The notes: generated by a model not told the origin, from the letters alone. 64,000 nt of DNA from Candidatus Poribacteria bacterium (GCA_965116925.1 OZ220744.1:3712001-3776000); one strand, 5' to 3'; numbered from the stretch's first letter, positions 38,213 through 47,631 are shown. Numbers and translations are program-made.

Positions 38213-38893
38213 ATGAACAAGCCACTAAAAGGATTCATTACTTACGCACATAAAAATACAGCAGCTAAAGATGAACTAATAGCGCGCCTTTCTGTGATGC
38301 AGCAGCAAAACAGGCTAGTGACTTGGCACGATGCCGAAATGACCGGAGGCACCAAGTGGCGTGAAGATATTTTCAAACACCTTGCTGATTCGGATATACT
38401 TCTCTACCTCGTCTCCGCCACGAGTCTTGCGTCTAAAAACTGCAACAAGGAATTAGCAGAGGCGTTAAACTCCAAGATAAGGGTCATCCCAATAATTCTT
38501 GAGGATTGTGATTGGCTAAATCATCAACTCAGCGACTTTCAAGCTCTTCCTGACAAAGGCAAGCCTATTAACAAGTGGCAACCTGCAAGCGATGGTTGGC
38601 AAAATGTTGTAGACGATATACGAAAAGCCGCTGAAGAAATGCAAGTTCAGGCGGATTCGCTGTCTAAAGCATCTGAAAGAGAGCTCCGCGCTGAATTAGC
38701 ACTCCAACGAGGTAACGTTTTAATGACGCTTGGGCAAACAGACGAGGCTATAGAAGCTTACTCACATGCAATCAAACTCAACCCGAATAGTGCTGCCCCC
38801 TATGACAATCGCGGGGGAACTTACTTCAACAAAGGCGATTTTGACCGGGCCATCGTAGATTTTACCAATGAAGCTAAATTAGTGGCAAATTAA
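38213..38893 (+). CDS. TIR domain protein with truncated TPR array
   Basis: FITYAH, TWHD, ADSDILLYLVS, SKNCNKEL (catalytic Glu), VIPIILEDCDW; about 1.5 TPR units, then an abrupt non-TPR end. Confidence 0.82.
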   Translation: MNKPLKGFITYAHKNTAAKDELIARLSVMQQQNRLVTWHDAEMTGGTKWREDIFKHLADSDILLYLVSATSLASKNCNKELAEALNSKIRVIPIILEDCDWLNHQLSDFQALPDKGKPINKWQPASDGWQNVVDDIRKAAEEMQVQADSLSKASERELRAELALQRGNVLMTLGQTDEAIEAYSHAIKLNPNSAAPYDNRGGTYFNKGDFDRAIVDFTNEAKLVAN

Positions 38894-38981
38894 GGGATTA
38901 CTAAATACGGAGGGGTTATCAAAGCTTCACTTCTTAGTTTGTGATATGCTGATATGAGATCTTGATTGAAAGGGGGACACT

Positions 38982-39665
38982 ATGCGAAAACATCGAGCAG
39001 CTGAACTAATCGAGCAACTTTCGGCAGAAAAGCTAAAAATGCTCATTGCTAAAGGCGATTATGACCGTGCTCTCCAAGACTCTACTAAAGCGATACAACG
39101 CAATCCCGACGATGCCATCGCCTATAACAATCGCGGTGGGGCTTACTACTTAAAAGAGGAGTATGAATCTGCCATCGTAGACTTCACCAAAGCGATACAA
39201 CTTAAACCTGACTATGCCGAAGCCTATAACAATCGTGGTGTTGCGTACCACTTAAAAGAGGAGTATGAGTCCGCCATCGCAGACTATACCCAAGCGATAC
39301 AATTCAAACCTGATTATGCCGTCGCCTATAACAATCGCGGTAGGGCTTACGGGGGCAAAGGTGAAGTTGACGGTTTGACGCTCCGACTGGAATCGCCGAC
39401 TTCTAAGCGTGCCGTAATCCGTGCCATCAAAGATTATAACCCAGCGATAGGGCTGAATCCTGAGCTTGCCCCGGCGTATTACAATCGTGGCGTGGCGTGG
39501 TTACGCCTGAGAGAATGGGAAAGAGCCAAATCAGACCTGACCCTTGCCAGAAACAAGGGAATAAATATCATTACTACGTTTCGTAATGACTACGAAAGCG
39601 TTGAGAGTTTCGAGCGGAGAAATGGTGTTCAGCTACCAGAGGACATCGCCGCCATGTTGCTTTGA
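38982..39665 (+). CDS. TPR repeat protein, probably the displaced C-terminal half of the TIR-TPR gene
   Basis: AYNNRG repeats at 34-aa (102-bp) spacing; first about 19 aa resemble the antitoxin at 37118. Confidence 0.75.
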   Translation: MRKHRAAELIEQLSAEKLKMLIAKGDYDRALQDSTKAIQRNPDDAIAYNNRGGAYYLKEEYESAIVDFTKAIQLKPDYAEAYNNRGVAYHLKEEYESAIADYTQAIQFKPDYAVAYNNRGRAYGGKGEVDGLTLRLESPTSKRAVIRAIKDYNPAIGLNPELAPAYYNRGVAWLRLREWERAKSDLTLARNKGINIITTFRNDYESVESFERRNGVQLPEDIAAMLL

Positions 39666-39780
39666 ATCTCGATCTTATCGGTGCTAACGCCACCGTAGGC
39701 ATGAATGTCGACAAACCGATAGCGGTGATGGTAATCGAAACTATGGTGAACACCAAAAATAAATAGACATTAAAAGTAGA

Positions 39781-39912
39781 GGCTCATGTAAAAAGAAAGT
39801 GCAAAACACGAAGCGAAATCGTAGGGGCGGGGTCTCCCCGCCCGCCGTAAGGGTTGGGGGACCCAACCCCTACGAATATTCGGTTTCTTTGCACTAAATC
39901 TTAACATGAGCG
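39781..39912. mobile_element. MITE family A with 8-bp TSD
   Basis: aaagtaga on both flanks (39773-39780, 39913-39920). Confidence 0.88.
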
Positions 39913-40075
39913 AAAGTAGATAGTCTTTTGTACCACGATCTGTTAGATTGTGATTCCACCCCGCAAACTAACAGTTCGTGCTACTTATGGCAGATTACCC
40001 CGCTCAGAGAATTATAGTGAATTCAGTGTTATTTAATTCTGAAATCTACTATAAAAATATTTCAAGGGAGGTGCA

Positions 40076-40333
40076 ATGATGACCAAAATTGTTGTCAATC
40101 CAGAAATTCTTGATGGTAAACCGATTATCGAAGGAACTCGCCTTAGTGTCGAGCATGTGTTGGGGTTGCTTGCCAGCGGCATGTCTAAGGCGGATATTAT
40201 CGCAGACTACCCGGAGTTGAACGAAGAAAACATCCAAGCGGTGCGGGCGTATGCTTCAAAGCGTACATATCCTTCGTGGGCAGTCCGCAATGGAGTGATA
40301 ATCGATCTCCCAACCAACCATGATAGAGCTTAA
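40076..40333 (+). CDS. DUF433 family antitoxin
   Basis: NPEILDGKPIIEGTRLSV..LASGMS..I.ADYPEL. Confidence 0.88.
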   Translation: MMTKIVVNPEILDGKPIIEGTRLSVEHVLGLLASGMSKADIIADYPELNEENIQAVRAYASKRTYPSWAVRNGVIIDLPTNHDRA

Positions 40334-40335
40334 TA

Positions 40336-40791
40336 ATGCTACCCCCGCTTGTCGCTGACATAGATATTGCAGTTTCCGTCATTCAGTTTTTGCGAGCGCG
40401 AGGGGTTGATGTGGTGGCTGGACGCGAAGAAAACTGGAATAGGTATGAAGACCGAGACATCCTGCGTGAAGCACATGCAATGAACCGATTTGTGTTAACG
40501 CACGATTCCGATTTTGGGACGCTGGCAGTTCATGAGGGACAAACCATTACCGGAATCATCCATTTGCGTCCGGGAAATCGTCCGTCTGCGGCGGTAATTG
40601 CTGACTTGCAAGTTCTCCTCAACACAGAGATTGATTGGACACCTCCGCTGATTGTTGTCTGTGAATCCGGTAAACCGCCTCGGCTCCGTCGCCTAGTACT
40701 CTGTCATATAAGTTTTGCATATCAACAAGGGGGTCGGGTGACCCGACCCCTACGAAGTATTATGAGTCTCAATCCATATAGACAAGCATAA
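40336..40791 (+). CDS. DUF5615 family PIN-like toxin; C-terminus altered by a MITE
   Basis: LRARGVDV, EDRDIL, VLTHDSDFG, GIIHLR. Confidence 0.82.
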   Translation: MLPPLVADIDIAVSVIQFLRARGVDVVAGREENWNRYEDRDILREAHAMNRFVLTHDSDFGTLAVHEGQTITGIIHLRPGNRPSAAVIADLQVLLNTEIDWTPPLIVVCESGKPPRLRRLVLCHISFAYQQGGRVTRPLRSIMSLNPYRQA

Positions 40792-40811
40792 TTTGCCTGA
40801 CAGTGTACTAG
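40693..40811. mobile_element. CTAG-bounded MITE family G, copy 2
   Basis: ctagtactctgtca...tgacagtgtactag; right about 80 bp nearly identical to 35118-35200. Confidence 0.8.
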
Positions 40812-41009
40812 CGGCGATAAACGTTTAGCAGCTACAAGTGACTTTGCCCAAGCAACGAATTGGAATTGTAGACTGAGTAGCAATTATCTGAATCATGGAT
40901 TAAACAGATGACGCGGATAGGCAGGTTTTTTAATCCGTGTAATCCGTTAATCCGCGATTCTGACAGAGGTAAGAGTTACACACATGGTCAGAAAATAGGT
41001 TATAATAAT

Positions 41010-41131
41010 CAGGACTTACGCAAATTGAACAGAAAATTGGCATATTTTGCTGAAAGGTCGTTATTGGGTTGCATTTAACCCCCTAAATCCCCCTTATCAG
41101 GGGGACTTTAAGAGGCACTGCGTAAGCCCTA
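41010..41131. mobile_element. MITE family B
   Basis: caggacttacgca...tgcgtaagcccta flanked by aataat on both sides; interior aaccccctaaatcccccttatcaggggg palindrome, also inverted at about 43620-43654. Confidence 0.75.
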
Positions 41132-41453
41132 AATAATGCAAATTGCTAGACCGTATTGACCTTTCAGTGGCATCTTACTCATAAATCGAGGCGAATATGG
41201 CAGGTCAGCAGACCTTTCACAGGCAACCGCTTTAGCATAGCACACTTATGTAAAACCGCTCAAGTATAGTGGCCATGGGGGTTCTCGGCACACCCGCCAA
41301 TAATGAGTACCCGTATAGGGCATTGAAAATATTTTTTTTCACCTGTCAGTGCCCTGCCAAACCTGTGAATCGTAATGATGTGCAATGTCCATAGTCAGAC
41401 CGCTATCTGGGGTCAACACCTACATCGGTTAATCTAAAAAGGGAAAATGGAAG

Positions 41454-42056
41454 ATGGCTTATAATCGTTTTACATTAAGTGAAGCTAAAAAGGTCTTTCA
41501 ACTGATTACTGATGAATCAAGAGGTGTCTTTTCCACGGCGGCAGAAGTCGAAATCAGCGATTTTCTTCGCCAGACGCTAGAAAGAAACCTGTCTTTGGGG
41601 ATCGCTATCAATACGGAAAAGGCGCGATCAGAACTGATTGTCGCCCCAGTTTTGGTTGAACTGCTGGAACAGACACATCACCAGATTAGTCTGTTTTCAG
41701 GTAAGGCGTTTAATGTGGACAGAAAAAGAGGGTTGAGCGGCGCGTGCGATTTTATCATTAGTCTCTCCACCGAGCAACTATTTATTACTACGCCCGTCAT
41801 TGCAATCGTCGAAGCCAAAAATGATAACCCTATGAATGGTATCGGTCAATGCGTGGCGGAAATGGTTGCCGCCAGATTATTTAACGAGCGCGAGGAAAAC
41901 AATATCACTACAATCTACGGGGGAATCACAACGGGAAGCGTTTGGAAATTTCTAAAGTTAGAAGAGCAAACCGTCTATATCGATTTGGACGAATATCATA
42001 TCAACGATATCGGTAAAATTCTGGGCATTTTGTTGAGTATGATTCATTCAATTTAA
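41454..42056 (+). CDS. Conserved hypothetical protein, PD-(D/E)xK-like
   Basis: EKARSELIVAPVL, CDFII, IVEAK, GQCVAEM, TTGSVWKF. Confidence 0.7.
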   Translation: MAYNRFTLSEAKKVFQLITDESRGVFSTAAEVEISDFLRQTLERNLSLGIAINTEKARSELIVAPVLVELLEQTHHQISLFSGKAFNVDRKRGLSGACDFIISLSTEQLFITTPVIAIVEAKNDNPMNGIGQCVAEMVAARLFNEREENNITTIYGGITTGSVWKFLKLEEQTVYIDLDEYHINDIGKILGILLSMIHSI

Positions 42057-42076
42057 GGGATATCAGTTCAGCGAAC

Positions 42077-42685
42077 ATGAAGATTGCAGTTTTAGCCTCC
42101 GGCAGCGGAACCAATTTACAAGCGTTAATCGATCAGCTTCACCGCGACGAAAATAGTGGAGTTGAAATCGCTGTGGTGATTAGTGATCGGAGAAAAGCTT
42201 ACGCGCTCACCCGTGCCAAGGAAGCGGGTATTTCCACCCACGTAGCGAGGGTGCGAGATTTTCCGGATCGAGATGCGTTTGATGCAGAAATTTCAAAAAT
42301 CCTTGACAGGTACGGAGTAGAGTTAATCGTTCTAGCGGGTTTTATGAAATTGTTCCAACCGGCGTTTGTGCGGAAGTACCGCAACCGTATTATCAATATC
42401 CATCCGTCTCTACTGCCTGCGTTTCCGGGAGCGCACTCCGTACCCGATACACTAGCGTATGGTGCTAAAGTCAGTGGCATAACCGTTTTTTTTATTGATG
42501 AAGGAATTGATACTGGACCTATCATCGCACAAGCTGCGGTGCCTATATTCGACGATGATGATGAAGAAAGCCTGTTTAAGCGGATTCATATTGAAGAGCA
42601 TAAACTGTATCCGCAGGTCGTGCGTTGGTATGCAGCGGGTAAACTCGAAATTGTCGGTAGAAAAGTCCTTGTGAAGGAGTCATGA
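42077..42685 (+). CDS. purN: Phosphoribosylglycinamide formyltransferase
   Basis: ASGSGTNLQAL, LAGFM, INIHPSLLPAFPG, DTGPII. Confidence 0.96.
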   Translation: MKIAVLASGSGTNLQALIDQLHRDENSGVEIAVVISDRRKAYALTRAKEAGISTHVARVRDFPDRDAFDAEISKILDRYGVELIVLAGFMKLFQPAFVRKYRNRIINIHPSLLPAFPGAHSVPDTLAYGAKVSGITVFFIDEGIDTGPIIAQAAVPIFDDDDEESLFKRIHIEEHKLYPQVVRWYAAGKLEIVGRKVLVKES

Positions 42686-42686
42686 G

Positions 42687-43601
42687 ATGTTAGCGATTTC
42701 GACCATGTGGAACGCTTTGAAACGCCCTGATGGAGCGGCACTGCTCGACGAACTCAAGGAACTCGGTTTTGATGCGATTGAACTCAGCCGACACCTGACG
42801 CAGGAACAGATTGAGCAGATTAAACCCCACCTAGCGACGACACGAATCTGCTCGATCCACAACTTTTGTCCCGTTCTGCATGGTCTCCCGCAATCGCAGG
42901 CGGAGAATGATCCGATCCACTTAGCAAGTATTGATGGGGATACGCGAAACGAAGCGGTTAAACAGACGATCCGGACGATGGAGTTGGCGGTCGAGATCGA
43001 GGTCCCAATCGTTGTGCTCCACTTGGGCGAGGTGGATACCTACGACCGCTCCTACTTGATGTACGGTTTCTACGAATACGGTGAACGAGAATTTGAGGCA
43101 TTTGGGGCGAAGGTAGAGGAAGCGACCGAATGGCGTAAACGCAAGGAGGCGAAACATCAGGACGCTGTGCTGTTCAGTCTTGACACGCTGAATGAGATAG
43201 CTTTGCAGATGGAGATCTACTTGGCGATCGAGAATCGTCCGCGCTACCATCAAATCCCTAATTTTGACGAGGTTGGGCTGTTCTTAGAGAAGTTCAAAGG
43301 AAGCAATATGCGGTATTGGCACGATGTCGGACACGCTATGCTTCAGGAGCGGGTGGGGCTCTGTTGGTCGCAGCGTTGGCTAGAAGCGTATGCAGAGAAC
43401 CTCATCGGCGTGAACCTACACGACCTCAAGGATCTTGAAGCCTATCACTCGCCGGGGTCTGGTGATCTTGACTTTGAGGAAATTTTGGCGCAGATTCCGC
43501 AGGACACGCTAGCTGTTTTAGAGGTCCGAGATGCACCGGCGGAACAACTTGTTGAGGTGACGGAAGAGTGGCAGTTATGGCGGAAACCCGAAAAACAGTA
43601 G
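42687..43601 (+). CDS. Sugar phosphate isomerase/epimerase (AP endonuclease 2 TIM barrel)
   Basis: GFDAIEL, SIHNFCP, VVLHLG, AIEN, HDVGH, LHD, VLEV. Confidence 0.85.
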   Translation: MLAISTMWNALKRPDGAALLDELKELGFDAIELSRHLTQEQIEQIKPHLATTRICSIHNFCPVLHGLPQSQAENDPIHLASIDGDTRNEAVKQTIRTMELAVEIEVPIVVLHLGEVDTYDRSYLMYGFYEYGEREFEAFGAKVEEATEWRKRKEAKHQDAVLFSLDTLNEIALQMEIYLAIENRPRYHQIPNFDEVGLFLEKFKGSNMRYWHDVGHAMLQERVGLCWSQRWLEAYAENLIGVNLHDLKDLEAYHSPGSGDLDFEEILAQIPQDTLAVLEVRDAPAEQLVEVTEEWQLWRKPEKQ

Positions 43602-43795
43602 GACTTACGCAGCACGTTTTTAAGTCCCCCTGATAAGGGGGATTTAGGGGGTTAGCTGTGCATCGGGAGTGTCCCATTAATTCTAAAATCTACTATAAAT
43701 AATGAGCGGGGTAACACGATGACATGTGGTTATCCCGACACACTAATTTTAGGGTAAACGACCCCACAAAGCCCACAACGAAACGGTTTTTAACT

Positions 43796-43811
43796 TGGCA
43801 TCGTTGATGCA
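43796..43811 (+). promoter_or_regulatory. Possible sigma-54 promoter upstream of murA
   Basis: TGGCATcgttgATGCA keeps GG-N10-GC but deviates from consensus. Confidence 0.35.
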
Positions 43812-43940
43812 TATAGACATCATCAATCTATTCTGAAGCTATTTTTTTCCAACTTCGGTATAGGGTTAAACGGGATTCAGAGATTGGCTTCCAATTCAAG
43901 CCGAAGTGAACCGCAGATTCTTACGTTAGGAGAATTCATC

Positions 43941-45206
43941 ATGGATAGACTAATCATCAACGGTGGCAAGCAGCTCGAAGGCACAATTTCAGTCAGTGGT
44001 TCCAAAAACGCAACGCTCCCCATAGCTGTTGCAGCCGCAATTCTGGCAGACAGTTCCAGCGTTATTCACAATGTTCCCAATCTGAGAGATATTGATAGCC
44101 TCTGCGCGGTGCTAGAGGTATTGGGAGCGACGACGAAGTTAGAGAATTCAACGCTCTATATCGAACCGGGGGACCGAGTTGCTTACGAAGCTCCCTACGA
44201 CCTTGTCCGGAAGATGCGAGCATCAATTTATGTGCTAGGTCCCCTCGTGGCACGTTTAGGTATCGCAAAAGTCTCTTTCCCCGGCGGTTGTGCCATCGGT
44301 CCTCGTCCGGTAGACTTGCACCTAAAAGGGTTGCAGCAGCTCGGTGCAGAGGTTGAGATTGACAGTGGCTATATCATAGCACGAACGAATGGATTGATTG
44401 GTGCGGAGATGTATCTGAGAGGACCGCACGGTTCAAGTGTTGGGGCAACCGCAAACGTCATGATGGCTGCAGCCTTGGCGGAAGGCACGACCACTATTCG
44501 TGGAGCCGCCTGCGAACCAGAGGTCGCTGACCTAGCGAATTTCCTCAATGCTATGGGCGCAAATATTGAAGGGGTTGGCACATCTACCTTGACAATAGAT
44601 GGGGTCAAACAGCTTCACGGCACGGAGTATACCATCATTCCAGATCGCATCGAAGCCGGAACATTCATGGTTGCGGGTGCTATTACGAAGGGAGACGTTT
44701 TTGTGAAGGATGCCCCCGCTCAACACCTCGGTGCTACAGCCGAAAAATTAATCGAGGCGGGTGTTCAATTGGATTGGGCAGATGATGGCGTTCGCGTGAG
44801 GACGCCACGAGAATTCCGAGCAGTTCATATCGCCACTGATACATATCCGGGGTTTCCCACGGATATGCAGGCGCAGATGATGGGACTTCTCAGTATCGCG
44901 CCGGGTATTAGCACTATTACGGAAGGCATCTACTTAGATCGCTTCATGCACGCGAGCGAACTCAATCGAATGGGAGCAGATATTCGCGTCGAAGGAAACC
45001 ATGCGGTGATACGTGGTAAGCTCAGACTCAGTGGCGCGCCTGTCATGGCGTCCGACCTCCGTGCGGGTGCGGTGCTTGTTCTCGCTGGCATGGCAGCAGT
45101 AGGCGAAACGGTTGTTTCCCGTATCTATCATATCGACCGTGGATACGAGAACATTGAGCAGAAACTGGCGGGTATTGGCGCAGATATTACCCGGGCGAGG
45201 GACTAA
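43941..45206 (+). CDS. murA: UDP-N-acetylglucosamine 1-carboxyvinyltransferase
   Basis: SGSKNA, KMRAS, PGGCAIGPRPVDLH, PDRIEAGT, YPGFPTDMQ, DLRAGA, HIDRGY. Confidence 0.97.
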   Translation: MDRLIINGGKQLEGTISVSGSKNATLPIAVAAAILADSSSVIHNVPNLRDIDSLCAVLEVLGATTKLENSTLYIEPGDRVAYEAPYDLVRKMRASIYVLGPLVARLGIAKVSFPGGCAIGPRPVDLHLKGLQQLGAEVEIDSGYIIARTNGLIGAEMYLRGPHGSSVGATANVMMAAALAEGTTTIRGAACEPEVADLANFLNAMGANIEGVGTSTLTIDGVKQLHGTEYTIIPDRIEAGTFMVAGAITKGDVFVKDAPAQHLGATAEKLIEAGVQLDWADDGVRVRTPREFRAVHIATDTYPGFPTDMQAQMMGLLSIAPGISTITEGIYLDRFMHASELNRMGADIRVEGNHAVIRGKLRLSGAPVMASDLRAGAVLVLAGMAAVGETVVSRIYHIDRGYENIEQKLAGIGADITRARD

Positions 45207-45214
45207 AAAAAGGT

Positions 45215-45347
45215 GGCTTATGTAAAAAGAAAGTGCAAAATATGAAGCGAAATCGTAGGGGCGGGGTTTCCCCGCCCGCCGTAAGGGTTGGGTGACCCAA
45301 CCCCTACGAAAACTCGGTTGCTGTTGCACGCTTTCTTAACATGAGCC
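45215..45347. mobile_element. MITE family A with 8-bp TSD
   Basis: aaaaaggt on both flanks; nearly identical to 15631-15762. Confidence 0.88.
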
Positions 45348-45429
45348 AAAAAGGTAATAGGCATACTCCGTATGCCGTTGCGTAAATCCTAAATCTATAC
45401 GAACATTGACGAGAAACGAGGAATTTTCT

Positions 45430-46728
45430 GTGATCGCCATTCTTGATGCCCACTCGGACGAAGCGGCGGCTTTTATCGAAAAACTTAATCTACGTGGGGG
45501 ATTAGAGGATTCAAACATTCTAAGGACTGTCCGTAGGACTTTGCAAGATGTCCAAAGAGATGGCGACAGAGCTGTTGTTAAGTATACGCGCAAGCTTGAC
45601 GCTCCACGGATCACTGTTGAGGAGATGCGAGTCACAGATGTGGAGATTGACGACGCCTCCGCTCAGGTCGATTCGGAATTCCATGATGCGATCGAGCTGG
45701 CGCGGACGAACATTGAGCGGTTTCATCAGAAGCAGCTACAGAATTCTTGGCTATCCACCGAAGCGGATGGAGTCGTTTTGGGACATCTCATCCGTCCGTT
45801 AAGACGTGTCGGTGTATGTGTCCCGTCCGTAAGTCAGTTGTTGGTTTCTTCGCTGATAATGAATCTGGTTCCTGCGAAAGTTGCGGGCGTTGAGGAGATT
45901 GCGGTCTTCATGGGACCGATGCGAAATCGGAAGATTGACCCGCACATGCTTGTCGCTGCAGCGGCATGTGGTGTCCGCGAGATTTACAAGTGTGGCGGTG
46001 CACAGGCGGTCGGTGCGATGGCTTACGGAACAGACACCATTCCGAAGGTGGATAAGATCGTCGGTCCGGGCAATCTGTATGTCCAACTTGCGAAGAAAGA
46101 GGTCTACGGTCCCATCGATATTGACAAACTGGCAGGTCCCAGCGAAGTCCTCATTATCGCCGATCACACCGCAAATCCCGCCTATGTTGCAGCAGACCTG
46201 ATTTCACAAGCAGAACATAGCGTGGAATGTTCCGCCATTCTCATCACAACATCAAGAGACATTGCGGAGCAAGTTTGTGCTGAGATTGAACGACAGGCTC
46301 AAAAGCTGCCCCGCCAATCTGAACTGACCGGTGCTTTTGAAAACTACGGTGTAGCGTTCATCGTCGCAGATTTAGCCGAAGCGGTAGAGATCACCAACGA
46401 AATCGCCCCTGAACATGTTGAGTTAGAGGTAGAAAATCCAATTGAGTGGGTCGGTGCTATCCGTAATGCGGGTGCGATTATGCTAGGACCTTATACCCCC
46501 GAATCTGTTGGTGATTATATCGCCGGTCCTAGTCACATCCTGCCAACGGGCGGAGCAGCGAAGTACGCCTCCCCGTTGAGTGTCGATGACTTCCTGAAGA
46601 AAACAAGTATTATCTCCTACACCAAAACCGCCTTAGAAAAGGTCACGCCAGCTGTCGTCAAACTCGCTCAAATTGAGGGGCTTCAGGGACATGCGGAAGC
46701 GATGAAGATTCGATCCGATAAACATTAA
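45430..46728 (+). CDS. hisD: Histidinol dehydrogenase
   Basis: PAKVAGV, GGAQA, KIVGPGN, AGPSE, SQAEH, APEH, GDY.AGPSH.LPT; start uncertain. Confidence 0.93.
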   Translation: MIAILDAHSDEAAAFIEKLNLRGGLEDSNILRTVRRTLQDVQRDGDRAVVKYTRKLDAPRITVEEMRVTDVEIDDASAQVDSEFHDAIELARTNIERFHQKQLQNSWLSTEADGVVLGHLIRPLRRVGVCVPSVSQLLVSSLIMNLVPAKVAGVEEIAVFMGPMRNRKIDPHMLVAAAACGVREIYKCGGAQAVGAMAYGTDTIPKVDKIVGPGNLYVQLAKKEVYGPIDIDKLAGPSEVLIIADHTANPAYVAADLISQAEHSVECSAILITTSRDIAEQVCAEIERQAQKLPRQSELTGAFENYGVAFIVADLAEAVEITNEIAPEHVELEVENPIEWVGAIRNAGAIMLGPYTPESVGDYIAGPSHILPTGGAAKYASPLSVDDFLKKTSIISYTKTALEKVTPAVVKLAQIEGLQGHAEAMKIRSDKH

Positions 46729-46755
46729 GCCCCGATTGCCGTCAAATACAAACGA

Positions 46756-47574
46756 TTGGAAGAGAAGAAGGTGGAGCAATCTACCGATCCTTTTTTGCCG
46801 CTCCAATTCCCTATTTCCCATCTCACGCAAAGGAGATTTCTCTGCATGTTGCCTCTCCAGTTTGTCTGTGCGACAATCTATACCGGGATCCTTACCTTCG
46901 CCGGTACAGAATCTCATCCGTCTAATTCTAAAGTGCCTGACCGCCCCATCACAACCTTTTCAATCGTTGGGCGCGATCCGGAGAATGGCGATCTCGGAGT
47001 TGCCGTTCAATCCAAGTTTTTTGCCGTTGGAGCCGTTGTACCGTGGGCAAAGGCAGGCGTTGGTGCAGTTGCGACCCAATCGTGGACAAATACGACTTAT
47101 GGGATAAAGGGCTTAGAACTTCTGGAAAACGGACTTACCGCTCAACAAGCATTGGATCGGCTAGTTGCCGGCGATGATGGGAGATCCCAGCGTCAGGTCG
47201 GTATTATTGATGCAGACGGTAACGTCGCTAACTATACCGGCGATGAATGTCTCGAATGGGCGGGTGTGTGCAGTGGAGAAAATTACTCGGCACAAGGCAA
47301 CTTACTGACCGGTGAGGCGGTGGTTGATGCGATGGGGAAGGCGTTTGAGGAAACAGAGGGAGAACTAGCAGAAAAACTGATGGCAGCACTCATTGCGGGT
47401 CAGGAAAAAGGTGGGGATCGGCGTGGGCAGCAGGCAGCAGCGTTACTTGTCGTACGCGAAAACGGTGGAGAGGGTGGTTTTAATGATCGGTATATCGATC
47501 TACGGGTTGATGACCATAAGCAGCCGATTAAGGAATTACGGCGGCTGCTGAAAATTCAATTGAGTATGCGGTAA
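46756..47574 (+). CDS. DUF1028 (Ntn-hydrolase-like) protein
   Basis: TFSIVGRD, GVAVQSKFFAVG, GAVATQS, QGN, GGDRRG, DLRVDDH; start uncertain. Confidence 0.88.
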   Translation: MEEKKVEQSTDPFLPLQFPISHLTQRRFLCMLPLQFVCATIYTGILTFAGTESHPSNSKVPDRPITTFSIVGRDPENGDLGVAVQSKFFAVGAVVPWAKAGVGAVATQSWTNTTYGIKGLELLENGLTAQQALDRLVAGDDGRSQRQVGIIDADGNVANYTGDECLEWAGVCSGENYSAQGNLLTGEAVVDAMGKAFEETEGELAEKLMAALIAGQEKGGDRRGQQAAALLVVRENGGEGGFNDRYIDLRVDDHKQPIKELRRLLKIQLSMR

Positions 47575-47631
47575 GACTCGGAAACCATAAAATTATTGTC
47601 AATATACGCTAAATTTTCTGATCATTTGGAA

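Noticed and set aside
39100..39345. 102-bp DNA repeats as a DGR template/variable pair
   Set aside because: They are ordinary TPR coding repeats; differences are not adenine-specific and no reverse transcriptase is present.
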